Shown piece after piece: positions 1-14,111 of a stretch of 64,000 nucleotides of DNA. The DNA is from Chrysemys picta bellii (lineage: Eukaryota). Numbering within the stretch: the stretch's first letter is position 1; every line of letters begins with the position of its first letter. The DNA lies in contig NC_088811.1 of NCBI RefSeq assembly GCF_011386835.1, positions 10,974,001 to 11,038,000 on the forward strand, in the 5' to 3' direction. Position numbers and translations under genes: made by a program. Below the pieces are notes generated by a model. That model saw only the letters and a program-made list of their open reading frames with translations, did no database searches and had not been told where the DNA came from.

Positions 1-69
1 CTCAGTATTGTTCTCTATACTCTCCATAGCATACTCTTCAGGGAGGCTGAGTGGCACTGAAATTTAGGT

Positions 70-323
70 TAAGTCTGATTCCCCTGCTCTCATCAAGCTA
101 GCACAAGTATAAACAGCAACATAGCCATGGTAGCACAGGCAATAGAGGCACAGTTGGGTTTCAGGAGGGTTTGCATTTGGCACAGCCCAACTGTGCTGCC
201 ACTGCCTGTGCTACGGGCAGCTACATTGCTATTTATGCTCTTGCCAGCTCAAGGAGAGCTAGTGCAAGTATGTGTACACAAGCAGGGGATTGACATCCCC
301 TAGCTCGTAGTGTAGATGCAGCC
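70..323. mobile_element. Internally symmetric MITE (Harbinger/PIF-like, GTGTAGA-ended family); left end degenerate
   Basis: Nested inverted repeats (gtagcacaggca/tgcctgtgctac, gcacagttggg/cccaactgtgc, tcccctgct/agcagggga). Ends gtagtgtagatgcagcc. Confidence 0.55.
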
Positions 324-428
324 ATAAGGATGCTTCTGCATTACACAATATAACTGCATTTTCTCTATACATATTTAATGCACACAAAAACAAAACAAGT
401 GTTTAGCAAGAAAGAACTTCAATTCCCT

Positions 429-470
429 TTTCATAGACTTTAAGGTCAGAAGGGACAATCATAATCATAG
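429..470 (-). mobile_element. CR1 LINE 3' end remnant
   Basis: Reverse complement reads ...gtcccttctgaccttaaagtctatgaaa, the CR1 3' tail pattern. Confidence 0.5.
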
Positions 471-498
471 CTCAATGAATGACAGATATCAATGCTCA

Positions 499-642
<144 letters not shown>

Positions 643-1313
643 TCACATGAAACTAGTGGAAAATTAACAACCTGACCACCCCAAGAGCCTACATTTAGAT
701 TCCTTTTAAAAAAATCTTGTGAATGAATATGACAATTGTGAAAGTGTGTGGTAAAGAGCTGTGAAAAAGCCCCCCCACAGCTCTGCCAGTGCCTTTTAAT
801 CCTAACTTCAGCATGTTTGGCTATTCCAATCTTGGACCAGTTCTGAACAGAGGTTGCTATTTATGTCAAGTTGTGTGGTAATATTCTGAGGACAAACATC
901 CACTAGGATAATGCCACCACACTTCATTTCACTTGTATCCTATCCAGAATCTGAATCCAAATCTCTGGAGATGAAAGGCTAGTGCACCAGCCAGTCCCTC
1001 AATCTGAGTTCCAGGATTATGGCTCTTCTTCTGAATTTATATTTATATTGATAATGGAAGTATTTCTGGTGCTCAGTTTACTATTGGTTACCAGATTTTT
1101 TTTTGGCTGTATTAGGAAAATGAGGGGGGGAAGAAGGGAACACAAGTAACATTTTCAGCCTCCATGCCCAACAGTGAGATAGCTATTTGACGCTGACCAG
1201 ATTCTGAAAGGCGTCAGAAGATTCTCTGTCACCACAAAATTCACACTGACCCTTAATTTGTGGAGATTGGAAGGACAAAAATCAGGCCAGTTGAAATAAA
1301 TCTATTAGAGTTA

Positions 1314-1577
<264 letters not shown>

Positions 1578-2499
1578 TCACTTATGTCAGCAAAATTTGT
1601 GTCACTCAGGGGTGTGAAAAACAGATACCCCTGAGCGACATACGTTTTGCCGGCATAAGTTTCAAACCATATATTGGGGATGGGAACAAACAAACACAAA
1701 CACTACACTTTCTCAACATTCCTCCTTGACTTTTGGGCTTTTTTGCTTTATTACTTATTCTACTCCCCTTATGGGATTAGGAGGCATAGTAAAAGTGTCT
1801 CTTCTGTTTCTGTAACACTTTGATCTTATTTGCATAACTAATTTAGCATTTCAATTTAAAATTCTTTTCTCCCCTTCATCCTGAAACTCCATTTAAATCA
1901 TTTAAAGCTAGGAAGAAACTGGGACAGGAGGGCTGGATTGGCATTATGGCGGAGCTGGAGGGGGGAAAGAGAGGGAGAGAAAGGAGCTAGGGAACAGATG
2001 TCTGTATTGGGACTATGAGGGACCCAGGCAGGAACTGGGGTCTGGAACATCGGAGGGCTGGAGAGGAGCTAGGTGATGGGGGGAGGGGTGCTGGACTAGG
2101 GTTATGGCGGAGCTGGAGAAGGGCAGATTTTGGAATCAGGAAGGGGTCCCTAATCTGTTCTTGTACCAGGGTCCCCTAGAGCCTTGCTATGCCACCCAGC
2201 AGATGGGGTAGAAACTTCTCACAATGTGTTGCCCTAAACCTAGTTGGTGGGGTCTTCCCCACCATCTTTCATATCAGACTCCACTTAATAAGGTGTCCGC
2301 TATATTTAAGCCCTGCCCTGGAGATACACAACTCTATTTCTACATATTTAATTACCCTGATTCTTAAATATAACTTTAATTTGAAAGACTACAGATTAAA
2401 TCAACATATTCTCGATTAATGTGGAATATTCATATGTTATATACGAGTTGGTGTGTGTAGAACAGACAAATACAAAGGTGTAAATACATGTACACAGTC

Positions 2500-2551
2500 T
2501 GTATATATACACACACACATATACACATACACATACACAGACACACACACA
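2500..2551. repeat. (AC)n/(AT)n microsatellite in a LZIC intron
   Basis: Directly visible tandem ac/at repeats. Confidence 0.9.
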
Positions 2552-2579
2552 CCAGTATGTATTTTCACCTTCTTTTTCA

Positions 2580-2801
<222 letters not shown>

Positions 2802-3575
2802 TCAACAAGCCACATCAACTCTCAGGATTAAACCCAGAAACACACATTTAATTATCTATTAACGAATATCTAAAGTATAGATACTACCTACACTAGTGTG
2901 CTTGTACCTGGACTCTTGTATAGTTCCTAGTCCGTTAGTTGGATTAAGAATGAAAACTATTGCGATCATCATTAGGACTCAGTGTAGTTAATGAAACAAC
3001 TGCTCTCAGAAGACAATGAAATAGGAGAATAATGACTGTCCAACATTTCCCTCTCTCAAGGGTAGCCTAGGAAGTTCTAGTCTCCTCGCAAAGGAGTCTC
3101 AATACTTCACTGCTGAAAAACTAAGAATTCTTCACTTTCCACAAGAACATTTTTTAACCTTAATATTGTGCTAGATGAGGTAATACAGGGTAAAATTAAG
3201 AATAAAAGTAAAGTAATACCTATGTGTGGAGTAAAGGTCTCCACACCCATAGCTAGCTATGGTAAGGACGGAGCTGAGGCTTTGAATCTTGGTACCACGA
3301 GGGAACATTTGTGCAGTTCCAATGGGAACTACTTTTCTAAAACATACCTGAAGGTCAGTCATACCAGAGGCTTACTTCAAGAATGAACATGAAATAGCAT
3401 CCTCAAAGAAGTAGCTTGTTTACAATCATACTTTCTTAATAATAATCATTCCTTTCTCCCACCATTTGTCTATTTAGATTATAAGCTGTTTGGAGAAGGG
3501 ACTCACTTAGTATGTATATGTGCAATGCCTAATACAATGGGCCATAATTTTAGCTGGGGACTCCAGAGGATGATA

Positions 3576-3763
3576 CATTGCTACCTCGATATAACGCAAC
3601 CCCATATAACAGGAATTCGGATATAACGCGATAGAGCAGTACTCCTGGGGGGCGGGGCTGCGCACTCCGGTGGATCAAAGCAAGTTCAATATAATGCGGT
3701 TTCACCTATAACGTGGTAAGATTTTTTGGCTCCCGAGGACAGCGTTATATCGAGGTAGAGGTG
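3576..3763. mobile_element. Tc1/mariner-Tigger-type MITE with TA target duplication
   Basis: TIRs ca(ttg)ctacctcgatataacgc / gcgttatatcgaggtagaggtg, flanked by TA at 3574-75 and 3764-65. Confidence 0.85.
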
Positions 3764-4049
3764 TACTACAAATTATTTATTTCCCTTTCCCAAAAGGGTT
3801 GTACTCCTGACCCCAAAGTTTGCCCCATTATCTACACTCGTACTTCCTCTTCTCATACTCAGTTACAATAACCTTCTCTCTGAGCTTAAGAGGGCTGAAC
3901 ACTTCCTCAAGGCCTATGGCCAGACAGTGTGGTTTCTTGAGTTGCCCAAGGAGGCACTAGAGGAGCAACTTGAAACATACAGTGGAACCTCAGAATTAAG
4001 AACACCTCAGGATGGAGGTTGTCTATACTCAAACGTCTAACTCTGAACA

Positions 4050-4530
4050 AGACATTATGGACTTCTGCCACTGGGGAGGGGCTGCAGCCGTGGAGGGTTG
4101 GGGGTGGGAAGCACTGGGTCTCCAGGCTTCAGCCCCGCAGTTCTGTTCCCGATTTCAGCCTGGGGATGGGGAGCGCCAGACCTCAGGGCTTTAGCTACAG
4201 GGGGAGCGCTGGGGTTGAGACCGGTGCTCTCCTTGTAGCTAAAGCCCTGGTGCCCCCCACAGGGCTGAAGCCAGGAACAGAGCCACAGTGCTGAAGCCCT
4301 GAGCCCCAGCACACCCTGCAAAGCAGAAGCCCTGAGCATCGGTGCTCCTGAGAGTCAGAAGCCCTGACCCCCCTCACCCTGCAGCTGCACCTCCCCACAA
4401 CCATGCTGAAGCCCTGAGCCCCAGGACTAAAGCCCCAAGGGAGTAAAGTATTTGTGTGCGTGCATCTCTGCTGCTGCTACATTACTTCAGGTTCCAGAGG
4501 GTGTCCGGTTGACTGGCAAGTCCATAACTC
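4050..4530. mobile_element. GC-rich DNA-transposon-like repeat with internal ctgaagccc(tgagccc) subrepeats
   Basis: Several ctgaagcc/ggcttcag motifs shared with the element at 34.5 kb. Bounded by an inverted repeat at 4055-4070 / 4514-4527. Confidence 0.5.
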
Positions 4531-5697
4531 TGGTGGTTTTATCTTTGAGATTCTACTGTACTGCCTCAGGTGAAAAGTACAATGACTTGGCAGGTTTCTA
4601 CCTCCTGCCAAGCTGGAAATTCAGGACCAAGTTCTGACCTTGGATACCTATGTGGAAATGGCCTCTAGATTACCAGAAGGCTTAGAATTTTGTGCAGCTT
4701 TGTTAAAAATACAGTATTATGGAGCAGGGTAGTCTCACTCTATAGAATTCTGCTGAGATCACATCTAAAATACTGCATGCAGTTCTGGGTGCCTCATTAC
4801 CAGAAAGTGACTGATAAATTTGAGTGAGTTCCGAAAAGGAACAAAAATGCTTCAGAGGTTGGGATAATTCACTGATGAGGAAAGAACAAATACTATGTGT
4901 AGGTTGACTAAGCAATAGTTAAGGAAGGCTAGACAAGGTCGCCATCTACAGCTATATAAAAATTGTAAACACGAAGGTTGGAGGCAACTGCTTAGGGTGA
5001 CAGAATGGAATATTACATTAAGAGCAATGGGATGAAATGAAGAAAAGGAAAATTTTACCAGAAGGAACCTTATGACAGTGAGCTGTATTAGTTTGTGGAA
5101 TGATTCATGAAAGCAAGTGGTAAAGCCCTATTGGTAAGAACTTTTAAAACTAGGTTGGACAAAGACATCAGAAAATTCACTGTAGAGAACATTTCTGCAG
5201 TGGCATGGAGGTGGGCTAAAAGTGTTTTCCATCTCTGTTTTTTATTAATCCCTTAAGAGTTAATATTCAAGGACATCACTGAACCATTTGATTGTGTTTT
5301 CCAAGCTACACACAAAAACAAAATAACTATAATGAAAAATAGGGACAAACATCAAGAATAGCATTTTTTTTTTAAAGATAGTGAACAATGAATTTTGAAT
5401 TCTGTGAATAGGTGATGATTCCATTGTTCACAAAAGTAGTACAATGTCACACTCCACCTAAGAATTTCAAATCTCCAAGAAAAGTGCAACAAGTTTTCCT
5501 GAACTCTGTTTTTTCCTGTAGGGGCCATTCTTATACATGGAAAGAGTAGAAAAAGTTCATTTGAATTTGTCCTGCACTGCTTAATCCAAGCATCCTTGTG
5601 CTGATTTAAAAACAAAGCCTCAAAGAACTGTGACAGGAATACTGAAAGGTGCAGCATTTTCTTCTGCCAGCTGTTGCTGGGAAAATATTTACATTTA

Positions 5698-5832
<135 letters not shown>

Positions 5833-7093
5833 TTATATGGAAAGTGCACACCTATAAAACAGAGCACATTTTATTGATATCCAGATATGTACCAACTGAA
5901 TTTAAAAGGTGTCCTGGCAAGCAGGGACTCTACACTACAATAAAGACCAATGTGCCCTAGAAGTGTTTCTTAAGAGATGACTCATGAACTACCTGTGATC
6001 TGCAGTATCTTGCCTGAGAATACCTGAATAAAAACATTTGGAGACCCTAGCAGTGGCGGATTTGGTAGGCTGGGCAGGAACAGGTGCTCTATGGGATAAC
6101 TTTTCCCTTAAAGTGGTCAATAGAGTGAAGAAGTTGAACAGCCACAGCATATCAAAATGGAAACATGGCTGAAACCAAGAAGCAATTACTAAAATCCTTA
6201 GTCCCTATATTATGGAATGGAATGCATTCTCTACATATTCTTTTGGGAATTAGATAAGCTAGAGAAAGCCTAGGCTTGGATGCCTGAGGCTTCCACACAA
6301 CATTATTACAACCATCAACCTTAAAAACTTGTGGTGTTCCCAATCAAACCTCCACTTCTCTAATAACAAGTTATCTGGGTTATAAAAAACACTTGTGTTC
6401 TTGGATAACTTGTTGATTGAAATACAGTTTAGGCCCAAAAACAAAAACAGAGGTCTTAACACTTGGAACTGAAGTCAATAGCCCTTTGTGCTATACTTAA
6501 CAAGAAACTGGAAAATATCCCAGGCACTAGCTAGAAAATTATTAAACACTAAAAGCAATGGTGTGTGTGTGTGTGTGTGAAGGGAAAGTATTTTGGTTGG
6601 GGAGAGGGGGGCTTTAAATGTTAGGGGGGAGAAGAAAACTAACCCCCTTCAAATGGGTGTGAGCAAATATATTTTTATCTAGCTCCTACCCACTCCCTTT
6701 TCACTAACTGGTAAAGAAATAGCAAACACCACCAAATAACCACAACTATACTAAACACAGTAAAAGCCAATACCACCTCTATGACTGTCCCTATTCTCCT
6801 ATCTACTTCCCGCCACAGACTCCACTCATACCACTCACCCGTAGTCCCTATGCACCCTTGGGCTGCCCTACCCCCCCCCACCTCCACAAGTTTACCCTAG
6901 CCTTTTACTTGCAACCCTCACACAGACGCACCCCCTACCCCTAAAGGGGTAGGCCCCAGCCCCTTACTCATAGTTAAGTGATAAACTGCATCTTGACTAT
7001 TGTTTTGGGGTGACAAGTGATGACCACCGCTCACAAGCCCCCAGCCCCTTCCTCACACGCATCCCTTCCCCAGGAGACGTGAACCGGCCTCAC

Positions 7094-7460
7094 CTCACAA
7101 CGTGCGGGGGGGGGAGGGCTCCCTCACTCCAAATCCATCCCTCAGCCTCCAGGGCGGCAGGGAGACCCAACCACACCCACTTCCGGAAAAGGGGACATCT
7201 CCAGGCACGGACCTATATCCACTTCCGTCGTCGAGTAGCCAATCGAAGCACTCCTTGTGCGCTGTACTGGGCTGTCCCGTCTGCGCCTGGCATCCCGGGT
7301 CACAGTGGGTCCGGCCCTTCGGCCGTTCCCCGCGGAGCTGGGGCGGCGCCTGTCAGCCGGGTAAGCAGCTTGAGGGGTGCCTCGGTGGGGCGAGGTGCCT
7401 AGGGGCCGCGCCTGGGTTACCCTGTGTGGGGAAGGGAGCAGGGCGCCATCTAGGGAACTC
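7094..7460. promoter_or_regulatory. CpG-island bidirectional promoter shared by LZIC (-) and NMNAT1 (+), with their probable non-coding first exons
   Basis: Local GC/CpG enrichment. ETS-type ACTTCCGG at 7179-7186 and ACTTCCG at 7221. CCAAT at 7239-7243. Divergent splice donors: minus GAG|GTGAGG at ~7093 and plus CGG|GTAAGC at 7361. Confidence 0.8.
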
Positions 7461-8709
7461 TGGCTACAGAAGGGGCCTCAACCCCCTCCGGTGGCCTTGT
7501 AGCTGGCAAGGGACTTCCCTCTCAGCGCGCTGCCAATTTTCCAGTCCGTTTCCCTTACCTCTGTATGACTAAAATGAAAACAAGCGCTGCCACGGGATAG
7601 TGAAACACAGCCTGTTTGGCCAAAGGCATTTACAAATGATTGTAGGTTACTCCTGCAATTTTTACTCACACAAGTAAATCCCATCAGTGGAACTACTTGC
7701 ATGAGCAAAGACTACATGCAGGAATAAGGTTTGTGGGACTGGGCCCCAAATTAGCCTGGCTGTTCTCAGTATCACTTCGTCCCACGCTGAAATACTCCAC
7801 CTCTGGGATGGAAGGTGGTAGTTGTGTAACAACGCATAGCATCACTATACAATAGTCCTGGACTTTTACCAGTATGGGTTGCACTTACTGAAAATGTCAC
7901 CTATATAGCATGCATGTGTACAGTATATTTTGTGTCAATTTCTCCTACTGAAACCAAATACAAAATCCTCGGTAAAAGAAACTGGCAATAAAAACAAGGG
8001 TTTTTTGGGATTAACAAAACAAGATTTTTAGTAAAAGCAGAGTGTATGCTATAGATGTTTTTATTGCTTGCCCCAATGAATTTTTGAACATCTATCTTAA
8101 CAATGTCAATTTACAAAGAATCCCCATGGGAACTAATATTATTTAAGTCATTTTGTTTATCCTTCTCAGATATCCTTAGAGATTTTCAATGTCTTATTTA
8201 GTAGTGGGCATGAAAATAGTTGGATGTTGTGTAACTCACCTCAACTTTGTTAAACTAAGTACATACAAATGCATAAGAACCTTTTTCATCAGTACATGCC
8301 AAGGATTTGGCTTTTGTGGACGTGAATGAGAGAAAGTGGATAAAAAACAAAGAACTATTGTTTACTGGTATGAGTGTTTAAATATTGTTTGTGGTCACAT
8401 TGGAATAATTTTGATAGTGTTAATTCAGTATCTAACAGTCCTAAATGATAATACATAATTTAACAAAACTTTATTATGAGGAAAAAGATTACTTGAGTTG
8501 GTACAATGATTAACCTTTCTAAGGACATTCAGAGCAGGAGGCTCTCTTGCTCTATAGAGGTTCTTGTAGCACCCTCATCACAGTAGCATCTGAGTGCCTT
8601 CCAGTACTGCATTAGATTATGTGATTAACATTTGTCACGTGTAGTTTATTTTCTCTCTCATCTTCTTCCCACGGAAGAAATTGCAGGCACATTTACTCAG
8701 CAGTTGGGT

Positions 8710-8945
8710 GGTGCGATTCCCAGCTTGGGTAGACATATACGTTAGTTATGCTCAATCTGGCACCTAAAAATAGCAATGTGGCAAGGGTGGCAGCTTGGGC
8801 TAGCAGTCCATGTACCTACTGAGTGGGGGGTCAAGCAAGATTGTATTGGGGCAGCTAGCCTGACCTGCTGTCTGTGCCGCCATGACCACAGTGCTATTTT
8901 TTAGAACACTAGTTCAAGCAAAGCTAGTGCATGTATGTGTACCCA
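8710..8945. mobile_element. Degenerate symmetric MITE related to the one at 70-323
   Basis: Shared motifs (aaaaatagca / tgctatttttt, gctagtgcatgtatgtgtac). Confidence 0.45.
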
Positions 8946-8957
8946 TATGAAGTTTCC

Positions 8958-9330
8958 TATAGTCCAAGAGTTTTATGCCCAGATATATTGTATTGCTGCA
9001 ATCCAGCCAATAGATGATAAAGGCATGCAGGTCATATCATCCGGTCTGGATGAAATGGAGTCTTATCGGCAACCAGAGATGGTAGACAACATTGTTTATC
9101 ATAGCACTGTGAGAGTTTACAAGTCAGGGAGGAATCCTAAACTACAGATCAAACTGACCAATTGTGGGTGCGTTCCTCCAACTAAAGGAGACTGCAGACT
9201 CCCATAGTGCTTTCCTCTGCTCCAGCTTGCCCAGCTCCAGCTTTAAACAGCTGTTCTTCAACCCTGAGCTGATTTAATCCAAGTAGTGGGCCATCTTGGT
9301 GGAGTGGAGGAGTATTTGTCATTTTGGGGA
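8958..9330 (-). mobile_element. Ancient L2 LINE reverse-transcriptase fragment
   Basis: Minus strand translates with stops as ...DLHAFIIYWLDCSNTIYLG, resembling the L2 motif HAFVTSRLDYCN..LYLG. Confidence 0.6.
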
Positions 9331-9599
9331 AGATTCACACACTTTTTAGTGATGATTTCACTCTTTCACATAGACAAAAAAAAAAACCTGGAGAATGTAT
9401 TGTAAGCTGACTCTACATGATACTAAATTTCATTAGTTATCTTTAATCATTGTAACAACTTCTTCCTTGAGAGGCAAGTTTCTTGAGTGTTATAAGGATT
9501 TACAAGAGGGGCACAATAAATCAGTGAATAAGTACAGGCCTGCGTTAGTCTCTTGATGATACTTTGCACTGCTATAGCATCTTCCAGGTGTCCCTCACA

Positions 9600-9770
9600 T
9601 GGTGCTCATGCACTAATAAAGCCTCACAGCCCCTCTGAGTTCAGTAAGTTTAGCTATCTCCATTTGACAGATGACTAAACTTGAGGTAAAGGAAGTTTAA
9701 GTGAGTGAGTTGTCCAAGGTCATAAAGCAAGTAAGAACTGGCAATAGCATCAAGGAGTCTTCACATCCAG
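9600..9770 (-). mobile_element. MIR/CORE-SINE remnant
   Basis: tctccatttgacagatga...gaggt...ttgtccaaggtca pattern. Confidence 0.55.
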
Positions 9771-12476
9771 TTGCCTGATCTAAGTGCCAGGCACTGCTTC
9801 TTTACTATTTAGAAATAGTATAGAATAAGTTTTAAAAATCTCAGTGTCTTCCTTTAAGCATGAGCTGTTAGTTACTGAACAGGACTGGCCCACGTAATGT
9901 TGGAGTCAAAAAGATTAAATCACAGCTAGAGAAATACTGAAGACGTTGTTTAGCATGTTCTGGGACAGAATCATACAATTTATTTCTTTAATTATCAACT
10001 GTCCCTAAAAACACAATATAGAGTTTTATCCAAATTTTCTTAAGGCAACCCTAGTATGAAAACAGTTAAAGTAAACATCAGGAGAAATGGATTAATGTTT
10101 TTGTGCAACAGATTCAAAAGATTATTCCTACAATACATAAACCAATATTCTATAAAAGTTATCTCCTCAACCAGCACAAGTTTTCTAGAGAGTTACAAAA
10201 CAGTACACATTTGAGATTTACTTATGTAAACAAGATAGGTGTAGGTATTAGCTAGCTTCCTTTAACAAGTTTTTAGGAACATTTTTTTCCAAGACATAAG
10301 ACTTATTGATCTCAAGTTACATTTTAAGTGTCACCCTGAATGCCTACCCAATCTAAATTAGGCAACATCATTTCCACAGATTTGTAGTAGAAGTAAGGGG
10401 CTTTGAAATCTGCAACGGTAAAGGCTTCAAATAAGTCCTTTTTGTAAAAGAACACTGAAATTAATTGAGTTGTTCCTGATTATTCCAGGGCAGTGAGCAG
10501 TTCTTCATAGAGGAAAGACATGTACAGTTGTGATGAATGAGAGTAACTGTGAGGTATTCTAAAAGTTGTCTGAAATGAAATAATTTACATTAGTTAGCAC
10601 AGGAATTTCTGAGATTTTTTAACTTCTCTTTATAAGAATGACTTTTTAAAAAGCCTTTGGGCCAAATTCAACCCTGAGACCAATGGAGTTACACCAGTGA
10701 ATAACTTGTATCCTTTTTGTTGATTTCTCTAAAAAGCTTAAGGAATAAGAAGTCCATAATTCAACAACACATTAATTTCTTAAATAGTTTCAACTTAGAG
10801 TGAACAGTTGAATGTGACAATGTGACAGTAGATGGGCTGTAAGAATTACTGGAGTCCCACATTACTGTTCTCTGCTAGGAAAAGCTAATTCATTTCCCTT
10901 TGCACAAGGCACCACTTTTCAACAAAGTAGATCAGAATGTTGCTGGAATATAAAGGTGAAGGTCACTTCATACTAAGTGGACCCCAGTTCTGAAAGTGCC
11001 ACTAGTTTTAAAAATTACAGGATCAGAAAATGCGTATTACACAATGGTATTAGATTTCAGCCCTTCTGCTCTCTATGCCAGCACACACAGGTTTCCTGAG
11101 GAAATGTTGCTAAACTGCAGATGTCAGCAGGAATTAAGAAATTGAGAGTATTTGTGAATAAAATCAGATCTTGCCTATAAATACCTCAATTAGTAAAGAG
11201 ACACGAGTTAGAAGGCAAGTTTATGATGCAGTTTAATAGCTGCCTGATTTTCTAGACTGTAAAATTAGCTGCCATGATGCAAAAGGTCATTTGATCCCAT
11301 TGCTGAAAAAGGCACCCTATATTTTCATCCTTAAGTTTCTGATTATTTCCCCCCTTTTTTTAGGAGCAGGAAATCTACCCTATTCAGGTCTGCAGTCTGA
11401 GTCACTTTCTTCTTTGAAATTGGAGCTTTATGCATTACAAAGGCAAGTCCAGTTTCCATAGTAACTCTTCCAGCTGATGCCAGTGCAAGCACTGCACTCA
11501 AAGTGGCACCAAACCCTTCATGTCCTTGCCTGCTAACTGTTTTGTGTTAATAAGGAAGAGGATTTGAAAAATTCTGTGTAAAAACTCTTGAAAGCACTGA
11601 AAAGTACTGACACGGAGTGAACTTCATAAGGACACCAAAGCCCTGCAGTTTCCATTCAAGAGCCCCCTGATGTTTGTATATATTGATAGTTAAAGACTTT
11701 GCTATGAATCTCTCTCATTTTGAAATTCTCCTCACTGTGACTGTTACAAGGATCAATACATTTCTAATTTCTTCACCCCCTTCCTACTGAAGAGTGGCCT
11801 CGTGAGAATTTTCCAGGCAGGGATGTTGCTGTGGGAACAATGACGGAATATTCAGTACTTTGCATAGAGGACACAGACAACTACAACAGGAGACTAGCTT
11901 ATAACATATTCCAGTTTTAGTCTGTTCAGAATCAGTCCAGGAGAAGCCATACTGGCAAGTCAGATTGCCACAAAGAACACTAAGACATATTTAGGGTGAG
12001 GAAAGGGTGGGAAGACAAGTGAAAAGAAATTGAATTAGTAGAAAAGGATTTACTCTGCATGTATGGTCATTCATACTTATTTTACCCACCACACCTTGTA
12101 TTAAAACTGAACATTTAAGAAATCTGAATCACGCTTCATCAGTGCTATTGATTTATTATTTTCACTTAATTAAGCTTCCACAACAAAAATAGATTGGTCA
12201 TTTTTACTTATAATTATAATCAGCTTTTCCTCTTACATGCTATAACACCATGCTGTCCTGTTTAGGTTTCCAGGACTTCAGTAGAACACTTAAATAAACA
12301 TTTTATTTAAATTTTAAAGGAATGTAATAGAACATATTCTTTTTAGGTTTCACTTAAACACAATCTAAATGTTGGCCTAACTGCTTGACAGTGCCCTTTA
12401 ATTAATTTAGATACCCATATCTTTAAACTGTCAGGTAGATCAGTATTTCAGGGAAATGTGTAAAGCTAATTCTATG

Positions 12477-12656
12477 CAGGGCCGGCTCTAAGCACCAGCA
12501 AACCAAGCACATGCTTGGGGCGGCACAATTTCAGGGGCGGCATTCCGGCCACCTTTTTTTTTTGTTTTGCTTTGGCAGTTGCACTTTTGGAGGTTTTTTG
12601 TTTTGTTTTGTTTTGTTTTTTTGCTTGGGACGGCAAAAAACCTAGAGCCAGCCCTG
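12477..12656. mobile_element. hAT-type MITE, 180 bp
   Basis: TIRs CAGGGCCGGCTCTA / TAGAGCCAGCCCTG. Exact 8-bp TSD ATTCTATG at 12469-12476 and 12657-12664. Confidence 0.92.
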
Positions 12657-13165
12657 ATTCTATGAAGGAGAAAAGGTTTAATTTCTCATTTAAAGAAACT
12701 TTAAAAGTACCTGCTGAAGTCACAGTGCTCACTGACAGCATCAGAGACAGATCCTAAAGTTTGGGCTAGTTTTGGCCTGTGTAAGAAAGCAACTGTGAGA
12801 GAGACTTCTTGTTATCATTGTAGCAATGTTTGTCCGTGTTTTTAAATTGATAAATGAAAGGAGTAGCAATACTTATTTCTGACATTATGACTAGAAGAAG
12901 TCTGAAGGTGCAGAAAACATGCTTCCACCATTTTTAATCCAATTCACTAATTTCAAAATTAGGCTAATATTTTCCTAGTTTTTGATTATTCTGTTCCATT
13001 TTATATGCCTAGCAATCCATCCTCTAACTGAAAAATGCAGAGAGCCTGCAATTAATTATAAAAGATAATAGTGAAACAAAATTATTCAACTAAGTATACC
13101 AGTTGTAACTATAACAACATTTTTATTATGGCACTGCTGAGACTAGGAGTTTGTTAAAATACTTA

Positions 13166-13246
13166 GGTCCTGCTCTGAGCAGGGGGTTGGACTAGATGAC
13201 CTCCTGAGGTCCCTTCCAACCCTGATATTCTATGATTCTATGATTC
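13166..13246 (+). mobile_element. CR1 LINE 3' end, heavily 5'-truncated
   Basis: ggttggactagatgacctcctgaggtcccttccaaccctgatattctatgattctatgattc, the canonical CR1 tail with TTCTATGA repeats. Confidence 0.93.
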
Positions 13247-14111
13247 ATTTAAGAGCTATTAGAAACCAAAGGGTCCTATTAAAATTAAGTAGAAATTAGT
13301 CTTGCTTTAGAAAACTTAAAATCAGAAGTGGAATGAAGGCTTGAATACATACATACTGTGTAGTCAAGGCAATTAATACAACAGTACAGACTCCTTCAAT
13401 AAAGGATCCTATACTCCTGAATACACAGACCACCTTGAGCTCCTACGGAATTGGCTCCACAAGAGTATGCACCAAAGCCAGCCCTGGAAAGATAGGAGAG
13501 TGATCAAGATAACACTTCTTTAAACTCCTTCCCAATGAGAAACTTCAAGAAGATAAGCTTCCCTCTTTGAGAAATCGTTATCTTGTCCACTGTGTTGCAG
13601 AACCAGTCTATACAACCTTTGCCTTCTAAAAAGCATAGCTAGAGAGAGGCAAATTATTTTGTCACTACACTTGACACACAGAACTACCTACCTAAAATAT
13701 GTTGAAAAGTTAAAAAGCCACTAAGTTAATCAGCCACATATTGTTCACCCTCATTTTCTCTTCCTAAGCTATCTTCATAACACCAGTGCATCTCTCTCAG
13801 ACAATTGGTGTGTTCCTGCTGGATCCAAAACAGCCAGATATCTGATGTAATCCAAGTATGTGTGAAGGGTCGAAGGACAGAAGTGGTAATAAACATAGCT
13901 GTTGTATCACAGATAAGTCAGATACATTAACTCTTTTTGACAATGGGTGTAGATTTTCTCAGCCTGCTTCTCAGTCCTGGCATCTCAGTGCTGTTTCATG
14001 ACCCTTGAATTACATAATTGAGTATACTGCCTGTAAGAGAATCAGGGGAGTATCACAGGCCTGATTCTTCTCTCAATTTTCTTTACACTGATATCTCCAC
14101 TGACTTCAGTG

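Noticed and set aside
7010-7572. 130-aa and 156-aa ORFs over the CpG island
   Set aside because: Expected by chance in GC-rich promoter DNA; no recognisable protein.
8935-9207. 90-aa plus-strand ORF
   Set aside because: It is the antisense of a decayed L2 RT fragment.
10489-10553. Possible plus-strand 65-nt cassette 5' UTR exon (TTCCAG|...GAG|GTATTC)
   Set aside because: Splice-like motifs only, stops in all frames and no independent support.
11379-11529. Minus-strand AG...GT-bounded 151-nt segment open in one frame (QGHEGFGATLSAVLALASAGRVT...), a possible nested-gene exon in NMNAT1 intron 1
   Set aside because: Weak polypyrimidine tract and no recognisable family. Other candidate minus-strand exons nearby (~13.4 and ~15.3 kb) contain in-frame stops. 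An open frame of this length is common by chance. tBLASTn or RNA-seq could reopen it.
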